Source of the DNA: a candidate division WOR-3 bacterium
Lineage (GTDB): Bacteria; Hydrothermota; UBA3072; B12-G15
Length of the DNA stretch: 35,690 nucleotides
Direction: 5' to 3'
NCBI GenBank assembly: GCA_965649055.1
Contig: CBFGJG010000008.1
Location: 22,115 to 57,804 of the forward strand
Positions 18,758-27,744 of this stretch are shown piece after piece. Position 1 is the stretch's first letter; the number at the start of each line of letters is the position of its first letter. A model generated the notes under the pieces. That model did no database searches and was not told where the DNA came from. It was given only the letters and a program-made list of their open reading frames with translations. The position numbers and the translations under genes were made by a program.

Positions 18758-18769
18758 AAAGGAGGATAA

Positions 18770-19318
18770 ATGGAAATCAGATTTCATGGTAGAGGTGGTC
18801 AGGGAACTGTTATAGCATCAAAAATCCTTGCAATAGCAGTTGCAAAAGAAGGGAAGTTCGTTCAGGCGTTCCCGGAGTTTGGCGTGGAAAGAAGGGGTGC
18901 GCCTGTTCAGGCATTCATAAGGATAAAAGATGATATAATCTATGAAAAATCAAAAATATATTATCCTGACCATATTGTAATACTTGACCCAACACTTCTT
19001 CTATCAATCGATGTAACAATGGGATTAAAAGATGGTGGATGGATAATAGTGAATTCAGAAAGAGAACCAAAGGATTTCAAATTCAAAGGTGATTTCAAAA
19101 TAGCAACAGTTGATGCAACAGGTGTTGCTATGAAATACGGAATTGGTTCAAAAGCAAGTCCAATTGTGAATACTGCAATCCTTGGTTCTGTAGTCAGGGT
19201 CCTAAAACCCTGTTCACTTGAATCAATTCTTGAAGCAGTAAAAGAAGAAGTTCCTATAAAACCTAATGAGAATATGAGTGCAGTAAAAGAAGCTTATGAA
19301 ATAGTGAAAGGGGTGTGA
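18770..19318 (+). CDS. porC: 2-oxoacid:ferredoxin oxidoreductase gamma subunit
   Basis: EIRFHGRGGQG, QAFPEFGVERRGAPV and IVNTAILG motifs. Confidence 0.95.
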   Translation: MEIRFHGRGGQGTVIASKILAIAVAKEGKFVQAFPEFGVERRGAPVQAFIRIKDDIIYEKSKIYYPDHIVILDPTLLLSIDVTMGLKDGGWIIVNSEREPKDFKFKGDFKIATVDATGVAMKYGIGSKASPIVNTAILGSVVRVLKPCSLESILEAVKEEVPIKPNENMSAVKEAYEIVKGV

Positions 19319-19319
19319 A

Positions 19320-19640
19320 ATGAATAAAGAACCTGATAAAAAAGTAATATATAAATCAGTTAAAGAGATGCCACCTATGGCAGCATCTTTCTATTCCATG
19401 AGATACAATAAGACCGGTAGCTGGAGGAACTTAAGACCAGTCATAAATTATGAAAAATGCACATATTGTATGATATGCTGGAAGTTCTGTCCAGAACCTG
19501 CTATATCACTTGAACCTGTAATGATAGATGGTAAAGAGAAACCTAAGCCGGTTATAGATTACGACTATTGTAAGGGTTGTGGAATATGCTGGGTAGAATG
19601 CCCTGTTCAGGCAATTGACCATATTGAGGAGGAAAGATGA
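19320..19640 (+). CDS. vorD: 2-oxoacid:ferredoxin oxidoreductase delta subunit, 2x[4Fe-4S]
   Basis: TGSWR..P, CTYCMICWKFCP and DYDYCKGCGICWVECP motifs. Confidence 0.92.
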   Translation: MNKEPDKKVIYKSVKEMPPMAASFYSMRYNKTGSWRNLRPVINYEKCTYCMICWKFCPEPAISLEPVMIDGKEKPKPVIDYDYCKGCGICWVECPVQAIDHIEEER

Positions 19641-20791
19641 AGAAAGTTCTAATGGGAAATCATGCACTATCCTGGGGGGCTACATTATCAAGGGTTCAGG
19701 TTATTGCAGCATATCCAATTACACCACAGACACAGGTTGTTGAATTATTATCCGAAATATGTGCTGATGGAAGATTAAACGCAGAATTTATAAAAGTAGA
19801 ATCAGAGCATTCTGCAATGGCAGCTTGTATCGGTGCATCTGCAACAGGTGCAAGGGCATTCACCGCAACATCTGCCCAAGGTTTGGCACTCATGCATGAG
19901 ATGTTACACTGGGCAGTTGGAGCAAGGCTACCTATAGTTATGGGGAACATAAGCAGGGCAATGGCACCACCATGGACAATATGGACAGAACAGAACGACT
20001 CTTTATCAGAAAGGGATACCGGATGGATGCAGGTTTACTGTCAGAATAACCAGGAAGTTCTTGATTCTGTCATACAGGCGTATAAGGTTTCTGAAAAAGT
20101 CCTGCTTCCAACAATGATCGTTCTTGATGCATTTGTGCTTTCTCATACCTATGAGACTGTAGATATTCCTGATCAGAAGCTTGTGGATGAATATCTTCCA
20201 CCTTACAATCCAAAGATAAAACTTGACCCTGATGAACCACATACATTTGGCGGTCTCACGGACCCTGAAGGATACTTTGAATTGAGATACCTGATACAGG
20301 AAGCAATAGAAAAATCAAAGAAAGAATGGGTGGAAACCGGAAAGGAATTTAAGAAACTATTTGGAAGGGAGTATGGACTCGTTGAGACATACATGGTTGA
20401 TGATGCTGAATATCTGATTGTCTCAAGTTCAACAATAGCAAGCACTGCAAGAATAGCTGTTGATAGGTTAAGAGAAAAAGGTATGAAGGTAGGACTTCTA
20501 AGGATAAGGGTATTTAGGCCATTCCCGAGGGAAGAAGTGGTCAGTATTTTTAAGAATATTAAAAAAGCAGTGGTTATAGATAGGAACATATCTTTTGGTG
20601 CTGAAGGAATATTCTATCAAGAAGTAAAATCAGCATTATATAATGAAAAAAACAGACCACCAATATTTGGGATAATAACAGGTCTTGGTGGAAGGGATGT
20701 TGCTGTTGAAGATATAATAAGCATGAGTGAAGAATGTTTTAAGAAAGAAAGACCAGAAGAAAACATCATCTGGAAAGGAGTTAGATTATGA
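19637..20791 (+). CDS. vorA: 2-ketoisovalerate (or pyruvate):ferredoxin oxidoreductase alpha subunit
   Basis: AAYPITPQT, VESEHSAMAACIGASATGAR, QGLALMHEMLHW and RAMAPPW, matching my recollection of Thermococcales VorA rather than PorA. Confidence 0.88.
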   Translation: MKKVLMGNHALSWGATLSRVQVIAAYPITPQTQVVELLSEICADGRLNAEFIKVESEHSAMAACIGASATGARAFTATSAQGLALMHEMLHWAVGARLPIVMGNISRAMAPPWTIWTEQNDSLSERDTGWMQVYCQNNQEVLDSVIQAYKVSEKVLLPTMIVLDAFVLSHTYETVDIPDQKLVDEYLPPYNPKIKLDPDEPHTFGGLTDPEGYFELRYLIQEAIEKSKKEWVETGKEFKKLFGREYGLVETYMVDDAEYLIVSSSTIASTARIAVDRLREKGMKVGLLRIRVFRPFPREEVVSIFKNIKKAVVIDRNISFGAEGIFYQEVKSALYNEKNRPPIFGIITGLGGRDVAVEDIISMSEECFKKERPEENIIWKGVRL

Positions 20792-21675
20792 TAAAAACAA
20801 CTATTCCAATAGAAGAATATATGGGTCCAGGGCATCTTGCCTGTCAGGGATGCGGTGCTGCACTTGCTATGAGATACACTTTAAAGGCACTCGGAAAAAG
20901 AACATCCCTTGACTTTCCTGCCTGTTGCTGGTCAGTTATAGATGGTCCTTTCCCCCACTCTTCCTTACAGGTTCCTTTGTTCCACACCGCATTTGAAACA
21001 GCAGCATCAACCGCAAGTGGAATTAGGGCAGGATACAATATGATTGGTAAGAAAGATATTACGGTTGTTGCATGGGCTGGTGATGGTGGAACATACGATA
21101 TTGGTATACAGGCTTTATCAGGTGCTGCTGAAAGAAACGACGATATTATATACATCTGTTATGATAATGAAGCGTATATGAATACAGGTATTCAAAGGTC
21201 TGCTGCTACACCACTTAAAGCATGGACAACAACAACACCTGAGAAACATCCGAAGGAAACCCCGAAAAAGAATTTAATAGATATTATGGCAGCACACAGG
21301 ATACCATATATTGCAACATGCACAGTTGCTTATCCAGAAGATTTTGTAAAAAAAATAAAAAAGGCAAAGGAGATAAAAGGAACAAGATTTATATTGATAT
21401 TTTCTCCATGTCCACCTGGATGGAGGACAAAACCAGAAGATACTATCAAACTTTCAAGGCTTGCAGTTCAGACAAGGATATTCCCATTACTCGAGATAGA
21501 AAATGGATTAGACTGGAAATTAACAATGGATATAAAAAACCCAGTTCCAGTGAAAGAATACATAAAACTACAGGGAAGGTTCAGACATTTAAAAGAAGAA
21601 GATGTAGAACTTATACAGAAGAATGTTGAAAGGGAATGGGAGATAATAAAAAAGAAAATAGAACTTAAATTTTAA
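20788..21675 (+). CDS. vorB: 2-ketoisovalerate (or pyruvate):ferredoxin oxidoreductase beta subunit
   Basis: GHLACQGCG, PACC and LFHTAFET (VorB-like), TPP motif GDGG..DNEAYMNTGIQRS, and SPCPPGW. Confidence 0.88.
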   Translation: MIKTTIPIEEYMGPGHLACQGCGAALAMRYTLKALGKRTSLDFPACCWSVIDGPFPHSSLQVPLFHTAFETAASTASGIRAGYNMIGKKDITVVAWAGDGGTYDIGIQALSGAAERNDDIIYICYDNEAYMNTGIQRSAATPLKAWTTTTPEKHPKETPKKNLIDIMAAHRIPYIATCTVAYPEDFVKKIKKAKEIKGTRFILIFSPCPPGWRTKPEDTIKLSRLAVQTRIFPLLEIENGLDWKLTMDIKNPVPVKEYIKLQGRFRHLKEEDVELIQKNVEREWEIIKKKIELKF

Positions 21676-21676
21676 A

Positions 21677-22843
21677 TTATCTTCTGTGAATTTTTTGGGT
21701 TATTAAAGAATAATAAATATCTATTTCTTTTGAAGCCATATTTTGTGATGAGAAAAGCAGTGCTTTATTCTTTGCTTCTTCTGTTTTTTTATTATAGAGG
21801 GTTTTATCTTGAAGGAGCATATCAACCTTATCATAAAACTCTTTTTCATCTGGTTCAACAAGGAAACCTCCTTTATTATCTTTCAGAACATCAATAACCC
21901 CTTTCCTGCCAACCGCTACTACCGGTTTCCCCTGAGCCATTGCTTCAAGAAGGACAAGACCCTGTGTCTCTGTTAATGAAGCAAAAATAAATAAATAACT
22001 TGAAGCATAACAATCTATTAAATCCTGAAAATGAAAGTATCCAAGGAATAATATTTTATCGTTCAAATGTTTTTTTGAAATCAATCTTCTTATATGTTCT
22101 TCCTCAGGGCCTCTCCCTCCTATCACAAATATAATATCATTGTGTTTCTTAATCAATTTTTCAAATACATCTATAAGAAATGGAATATTTTTTTCCTTGC
22201 CAATCCTTCCAAGATAAAGAAGTATTTTTTTATCTTTTGGAATATTAAATTTTTCCCTGAATCTTTTTCCATTGCCTTCAACAAAAAATTCTCCTGGAAT
22301 GCCTGTTGGTATCACATCAATTGGTTTTGATACTTTATATGATAATAATTCCTTCTTCATCTCTGTTGAAGGAACAATTACAAAATCGCATTTATTGCAG
22401 TATATTCTGCTCAATGTCTTTGCAAGGCTCTTCGCAATAACCTCGGGGAGGAACCACAGATAATGAACATAGGAAACAAAAAGTGTATGGTATGTATGAA
22501 CAACAGGTATTTCAAGATATTTTCCATAAATCAAACCCTCAAGACCGAGTGTAAAAGGTGTCTGGGTATGTATAACATCAAGCTTTAAGGATTTTACCCT
22601 ATTTAAAATCATTCTTGTTTCAAGGATAAAAGGATTTGCAATTCTGTCTTCGGGATCAAACGGGACTTTATGAGCAGGAACCCTTAAAACATTAAATCTT
22701 TTATCAACATATCCCGGGAATCTTGGTGCGAATATATAAACCTTATGACCGAGTTTCTCAAATTCTTTTGTGAATGTCTCTACAGAAACTGTGACGCCGT
22801 TAACCCTTGGTCTGAAAGTATCTGTAAATATACCTATGTTCAT
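21677..22843 (-). CDS. GT4 glycosyltransferase (diacylglycerol alpha-glucosyltransferase-like)
   Basis: MNIGIFTDTF.P.VNGV..SV, IHTQTPF, VHTYHT, GRIGKEKN and ETQGLVLLEAMA motifs. Confidence 0.88.
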   Translation of the reverse strand: MNIGIFTDTFRPRVNGVTVSVETFTKEFEKLGHKVYIFAPRFPGYVDKRFNVLRVPAHKVPFDPEDRIANPFILETRMILNRVKSLKLDVIHTQTPFTLGLEGLIYGKYLEIPVVHTYHTLFVSYVHYLWFLPEVIAKSLAKTLSRIYCNKCDFVIVPSTEMKKELLSYKVSKPIDVIPTGIPGEFFVEGNGKRFREKFNIPKDKKILLYLGRIGKEKNIPFLIDVFEKLIKKHNDIIFVIGGRGPEEEHIRRLISKKHLNDKILFLGYFHFQDLIDCYASSYLFIFASLTETQGLVLLEAMAQGKPVVAVGRKGVIDVLKDNKGGFLVEPDEKEFYDKVDMLLQDKTLYNKKTEEAKNKALLFSSQNMASKEIDIYYSLITQKIHRR

Positions 22844-24453
22844 TTCTTTATCAATAAAAATTTTTTACTAAAATCATTTTTAATGTTAAATTCTTTAAAT
22901 TCGTCAAATTTTTCTGCGTAAAGAATACCTTTATTATATTCAAGTTCAAAAGAGCACTTAAAAATATTATCCTGAGTATTATATTTTTCAGAAAAACTGT
23001 ATAAATCATTCTGCAAAAATAAGTCATCATTATGCAATAATTCACCCTCAATATTCAAAACTCTGATTTCGTAAGAAAATTTAAAAGTTTCATTAATATA
23101 AAGAGGTAAATCCTTTTTATAAAAATTATATTCAGGGAAATCAAAGATATTTAAATTTAAAGGATTTATTGATATAATCTTAAAATCTCCCTGTGTTAAA
23201 AAATCTTTCCTACCCTGTATTCTGAATTTATTTTTTTCTTTATCAAATGTTATTTTTGTAACCTTTAAGAACTTATTAATCTCATCAATAATATTGTTTT
23301 TATTATTATCATAACCCTCTTTAATTTTTTGACCAGTGATACTATCAAAAGAAATCTCAATCTCCATCTGAGAATTTTTCAGGTTTAAAAAAACTATTTC
23401 ATTTATCCATCTTTTCTTAAATTCTCCAATTTTTTTTATCTCGAAAGTGTCGTCATTAAACAAAACAAATATATTACCACCGAAGGTAAAAGGTTCTCTT
23501 AAAACCTGCTTAAAATCAGGATTAACATAATAAGTATCATTGTACAGGAGGACCGAAATAAAATCAAGAGAAGGAAAATCTTCGTTGAAAACAAAAGGTT
23601 CATATACTAAGGCAATCCTGAAAGAATCTTTGTAAACTGAGTACAACAGTTTCGCTCTCTCAAGATATGTTCCTCTTCCAGACTTTAAAATATCCGATTT
23701 ATTTCTCATTCTAAACCTGAGAAATTTATCACTTATATCCGTTTTTTTTAGATCAAAAACATTATTTACTGTTACATCCACAGTATCATCGTCAACAAGC
23801 AAACCTTTTATAAAATCCCCAAAATCCTTCCAATCAAAATCCGTGAATTCTATAAATGAAGAAAATAAATCATAAGGTGGTAAGAAAGGTTCTTTTTTTA
23901 CTGGTAATACGGAATCTACCTCAAAGACAATAAGGTTTCCTTTCTTTTTCACCTTCAAATCTTTTGAAGTCCTATAATTTATTTTTTTATCAGAAGGATT
24001 CAATATTACAAGAAATTTATCAACAGGGATTTCCTGAGAAATTCTGATTTTTTCATAAATATATTTAATCCTTGAGATTATCTTGTAATGTATAACTATC
24101 TTAGAACTATCTTCGATGTTTAAGAATGAAACCACTATTTTTTTTATATTGCTATATTCTGGATACCCTTCAATATCTTCAGGGGTTACAATATTTATCG
24201 CATTAGGTGTTACCTCGGAAACCTGAAACTTTTTCGAGACTGTCTGTGCTTTAAAAATAACAACTGAATCAGTATACTCGTCGTATACTATCTCTTCAAA
24301 ACCATATTTTGAAGATAATCTTTTATCTTCTATTAAAACCTCTCTGTAAACTTCTTTTGTAATAATTGTATCACCATATATCTCATAATTCCTTGATTCG
24401 TATATAACCCTTGCTCCTTGTGATATTATCAATAAGATCTGTACAAGACCCAT
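22840..24453 (-). CDS. DUF3857-like protein with a degenerate transglutaminase-like core
   Basis: N-domain resembles that of the neighbouring gene (YDEYTD..YSNIKKIVVSF). DILKSGRGTYLERAKLL aligns with ITLRKRSGVCKDKAALL but lacks the Cys. AAGGAG SD. Confidence 0.65.
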   Translation of the reverse strand: MGLVQILLIISQGARVIYESRNYEIYGDTIITKEVYREVLIEDKRLSSKYGFEEIVYDEYTDSVVIFKAQTVSKKFQVSEVTPNAINIVTPEDIEGYPEYSNIKKIVVSFLNIEDSSKIVIHYKIISRIKYIYEKIRISQEIPVDKFLVILNPSDKKINYRTSKDLKVKKKGNLIVFEVDSVLPVKKEPFLPPYDLFSSFIEFTDFDWKDFGDFIKGLLVDDDTVDVTVNNVFDLKKTDISDKFLRFRMRNKSDILKSGRGTYLERAKLLYSVYKDSFRIALVYEPFVFNEDFPSLDFISVLLYNDTYYVNPDFKQVLREPFTFGGNIFVLFNDDTFEIKKIGEFKKRWINEIVFLNLKNSQMEIEISFDSITGQKIKEGYDNNKNNIIDEINKFLKVTKITFDKEKNKFRIQGRKDFLTQGDFKIISINPLNLNIFDFPEYNFYKKDLPLYINETFKFSYEIRVLNIEGELLHNDDLFLQNDLYSFSEKYNTQDNIFKCSFELEYNKGILYAEKFDEFKEFNIKNDFSKKFLLIKK

Positions 24454-26297
24454 CCCTCGTTTCTCCTTTCAAAATCCTTTATTTTTTCAGAAACATTTTG
24501 ATAATTTTTCGTAGGTATTTCATCTTTCTTTATAAAAATTTCTCTTAAAATATTCATTTCCCGTCCATCAATATTAATGCTCAATGAAAGCCTTATAAAT
24601 GAATCCTCATAAAAGAAAGGTTCGGGAAAACTCAAAATTGTATCATCACTGCCAAATACAATAGTTTCCGATACTGAATAACCTGAAACAGGTAATGAAA
24701 CTGGATATCTCCTTTTCTCTTTTTTGAATCCATAATTTAAAAACCAAGGTAAACTATAATCTAATGATAATGGTCTGTACATATTTATATCCTTAATTTT
24801 TATTATATTATGATTTTTGATTTGAATATTCAAACTGAAAAAATCGTCGAAATTTTTTGAATCCCATATTTTATATGACAAAATTTCAGAATTATCAACA
24901 CCTATTATATTTATCAGCTCGTCTTCAATCTCATTGTCTTTTAATCCAGTAAATTTCCTCCTCATCCTCTGGTCAAAAGAACCTGTATAATATCCTTTAA
25001 AATAAGAGATTGCAGTATCATTTTTTATTTCTGTCTCAACGGATAATTTTTCCATATTCTCTTCTATATTAAAGTAAGGTATTTCCCTTAAAGTATCCCC
25101 TTCTTCTTTTACGATTGTGACTTCCTGTCCCCATTCTGAAGGTGGGAGAAGTGATTTACCACACTGTCCAATTGTAGGGTCAAGGTATATAATAGTATCT
25201 TCATTCACTATTGCTACTATTGCATGGTTTGTCTGGTCTGAAGGAATATTCTCTATCCTACTCCCTACAGATGTTATTGTATAATAAGCTTTAAAACCAG
25301 CTGCCCTTAACATTGCAACAAGTAGCGCTGCCTTATCTTTACATACCCCTGACCTTTTCCTTAATGTTATCTCCGGATTATGCGGTGTGTATCCTTCCCT
25401 TTCATCCTCTATTAAACCAAGATATCTTATATCTGCCACGAAATAAAATAATTTTTTTATCTTTAAAGAATCTTCTTTAATATCCTTTAAGAGACTATCT
25501 GTAAAATTTTTCACATATTCATTAGGGTCAAGATTTTTCCCTGATAATTCATTCTCAAGCCTTGATACCTCTTCCCAGGAAGGTATATTCGATACTATGA
25601 CTTTTTTAAAATTATCGTATTCTGAACCCATTAATGGTTCATATATAACAGGCTTAACATTTCTTACCGAAAATCTATAATAAACTGAATCATTTTTTTC
25701 TTTCCTTTTTACTTCTATATCACCATTGAAGATTTTATAATTAATATCTTTTGATTTTGGAACAATAACATTATATTCCTTTTCCTTTATTATTGTTTCA
25801 AATTCGTCAAACAATTCGACATAGTTAAAGTATCCGGAATAAGGTGTTTGATATTTTTTGACTTCTTTAACACTATCACTTGTTGGACCAAGCCATGTTC
25901 CACCAATAAGTCTCGTCTTGTATTCAAGTATATCATGTTCCTTAAGCCCGACTATTGGTATGGTCAAATACCTTTCTCCCCAGAATATTGTTCCTCCAAG
26001 GTCTGCCGGTGCTGGAATATCCTTTATATTTGATAAATCAACATGAATTGTATCAAAACCTCTTATAACCCTTACAAAATCAATAAATGCCTCATTATAA
26101 TAAGGTGTATAAGAAACAAATATAGAATTTGGTGCTTTTTCTCTATTCAATATCTTAATTAAATTGTATTCTTCCCTTTCACTTGTTCCATCCTCATTTA
26201 CCCTTTCAGTTATTTTTTCCTTCAATATGACATTACATTTTGTCTCACTCTTGTTTATTGCACAGCTAATAAAAAAAAGGAATAATAAAATTATCAT
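24429..26297 (-). CDS. DUF3857 + transglutaminase-like domain protein, probable lipoprotein
   Basis: Lipobox-like FISC; IRYLG, GVCKDKA (Cys), NHAI (His) and YLDPT (Asp). Confidence 0.85.
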   Translation of the reverse strand: MIILLFLFFISCAINKSETKCNVILKEKITERVNEDGTSEREEYNLIKILNREKAPNSIFVSYTPYYNEAFIDFVRVIRGFDTIHVDLSNIKDIPAPADLGGTIFWGERYLTIPIVGLKEHDILEYKTRLIGGTWLGPTSDSVKEVKKYQTPYSGYFNYVELFDEFETIIKEKEYNVIVPKSKDINYKIFNGDIEVKRKEKNDSVYYRFSVRNVKPVIYEPLMGSEYDNFKKVIVSNIPSWEEVSRLENELSGKNLDPNEYVKNFTDSLLKDIKEDSLKIKKLFYFVADIRYLGLIEDEREGYTPHNPEITLRKRSGVCKDKAALLVAMLRAAGFKAYYTITSVGSRIENIPSDQTNHAIVAIVNEDTIIYLDPTIGQCGKSLLPPSEWGQEVTIVKEEGDTLREIPYFNIEENMEKLSVETEIKNDTAISYFKGYYTGSFDQRMRRKFTGLKDNEIEDELINIIGVDNSEILSYKIWDSKNFDDFFSLNIQIKNHNIIKIKDINMYRPLSLDYSLPWFLNYGFKKEKRRYPVSLPVSGYSVSETIVFGSDDTILSFPEPFFYEDSFIRLSLSINIDGREMNILREIFIKKDEIPTKNYQNVSEKIKDFERRNEGWVLYRSY

Positions 26298-26303
26298 TTT
26301 TTT

Positions 26304-26331
26304 ATCTTATAAATGTAAGAATATTTGTCAA
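26304..26331 (-). promoter_or_regulatory. Promoter, probably leaderless, for the transglutaminase operon
   Basis: TTGACA-N16-TAAGAT-N6-ATG with no SD. Confidence 0.65.
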
Positions 26332-26477
26332 TATTTTTATAAAAAAATTGGATGAGATCCTAATCCAAATCTTGAAAAAAGGGAAGACAATGTTTAAAAA
26401 ACACAATTTGATAAGGTAAATATAAGATGATAAAAAATAATTTTAGCAATTCAGCGTTAGATTTTTTAAGATTTTTG

Positions 26478-26505
26478 TTGAAAAAATTTTAAAAGATTCT
26501 ATTAT
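26478..26505 (+). promoter_or_regulatory. Promoter for the FAD oxidoreductase-ade operon
   Basis: TTGAAA-N16-TATTAT, with an overlapping TATAAT, then GGAGG. Confidence 0.5.
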
Positions 26506-26523
26506 AATAAAAATGGAGGCTAT

Positions 26524-27744
26524 ATGGATAAGATTATTATTATTGGCGGCGGAATTATTGGTGGAAGTGTTTTATATCATTTATATGAATGTGGATACAA
26601 AGGAAAAACGATACTGATAGAGAAAGACGAAGCATTAGCACAGGAAACAACCTCGCTTTCTGCCGGAGCATTCAGGAATATCTGGTCAACAGAGGTGAAT
26701 ATGAAGCTTACATCTTTCTCTATTAATAAATTCAAGGAAGCACATAAGGAACTGGGTTGTTCAATCGGTTTTGAACAAAGAGGTTATATATTTAATTATT
26801 ACAAAGAGAATTTTGAAAAGATTAAGAATTTCAAGCCTGTTCTTGATAAGGCAGGAATAAATTCTGAACTTCTGTCACCTGAAGAGATAAAGAAAATCGT
26901 CCCTGGTTTTCACCCAGAGATAGACCATCTTGATAAAGAAGTTATAGAATATTTTCAACTTGAACCAATTGAAGGTGCTCTTTTTGGGACAGACTGTGGA
27001 TTTTTGAACCCAACATCTCTTGCTGTTGGTTATATTGAGAATGCAAAGAAAAAGAACCCTGATAAGGTAGAGATAATGCTCAAGACAGAAGTAAAGAAGA
27101 TAATATTCAATAATAATCAGGTTGAAGGTGTTTTGACACAGAATGGGGAAAAGATTGGCTGTGATTTGTGTATAATAACTGCTGGTCCATGGTCTGCAAA
27201 AATACTTGAGGATTCCGGCGTTCCTGACGAGATAAATCTTCCAATTGTTCCATTAAAAAGAATGCTCTTTATTGTTAATCCTCCACCAGTTGAAGGAATA
27301 CTTGAAATTCCATTCACCATCATTGATAAAGGTGTATATCTAAAACCGGAAGCTATGAATCTATTGATCGGTAAGGCAAAAGAAGACCAGAAGCCAGGTT
27401 TTGACACAACACCGGAAAGGGAGTATTATGAAGATTTTGTAAACATGATAATGCAGGCAAGGATAGAAGGTGCTGAATTATGCAGGATTCAAAGGATGTG
27501 GGGCGGTTTATACGAACATAATACTAAAGATAAAAACGGAATAGTTTCTTTCCACAGTGAATTCCCAAATCTCTTTATAGCTGCAGGATTCAGTGGCCAT
27601 GGTATAATGGAAGCACCTGCAGTAGGTTTATCGACTGCTGAAAAAATATTGTTTGGTGAATTTAAAACAATCCCTGAGATTAAAGCACTTGATTTTAGAA
27701 GATTTAAAGAGAATAAACTCGTTATTGAGACAATTGTGATATGA
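26524..27744 (+). CDS. FAD-dependent oxidoreductase, DAO / sarcosine oxidase beta / FOXRED1-like family
   Basis: IIIGGGIIG, TSLSAGAFR, TAGPWS, WGGLYEHN..D.NG and GFSGHGIMEAPAVG motifs. Confidence 0.88.
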   Translation: MDKIIIIGGGIIGGSVLYHLYECGYKGKTILIEKDEALAQETTSLSAGAFRNIWSTEVNMKLTSFSINKFKEAHKELGCSIGFEQRGYIFNYYKENFEKIKNFKPVLDKAGINSELLSPEEIKKIVPGFHPEIDHLDKEVIEYFQLEPIEGALFGTDCGFLNPTSLAVGYIENAKKKNPDKVEIMLKTEVKKIIFNNNQVEGVLTQNGEKIGCDLCIITAGPWSAKILEDSGVPDEINLPIVPLKRMLFIVNPPPVEGILEIPFTIIDKGVYLKPEAMNLLIGKAKEDQKPGFDTTPEREYYEDFVNMIMQARIEGAELCRIQRMWGGLYEHNTKDKNGIVSFHSEFPNLFIAAGFSGHGIMEAPAVGLSTAEKILFGEFKTIPEIKALDFRRFKENKLVIETIVI

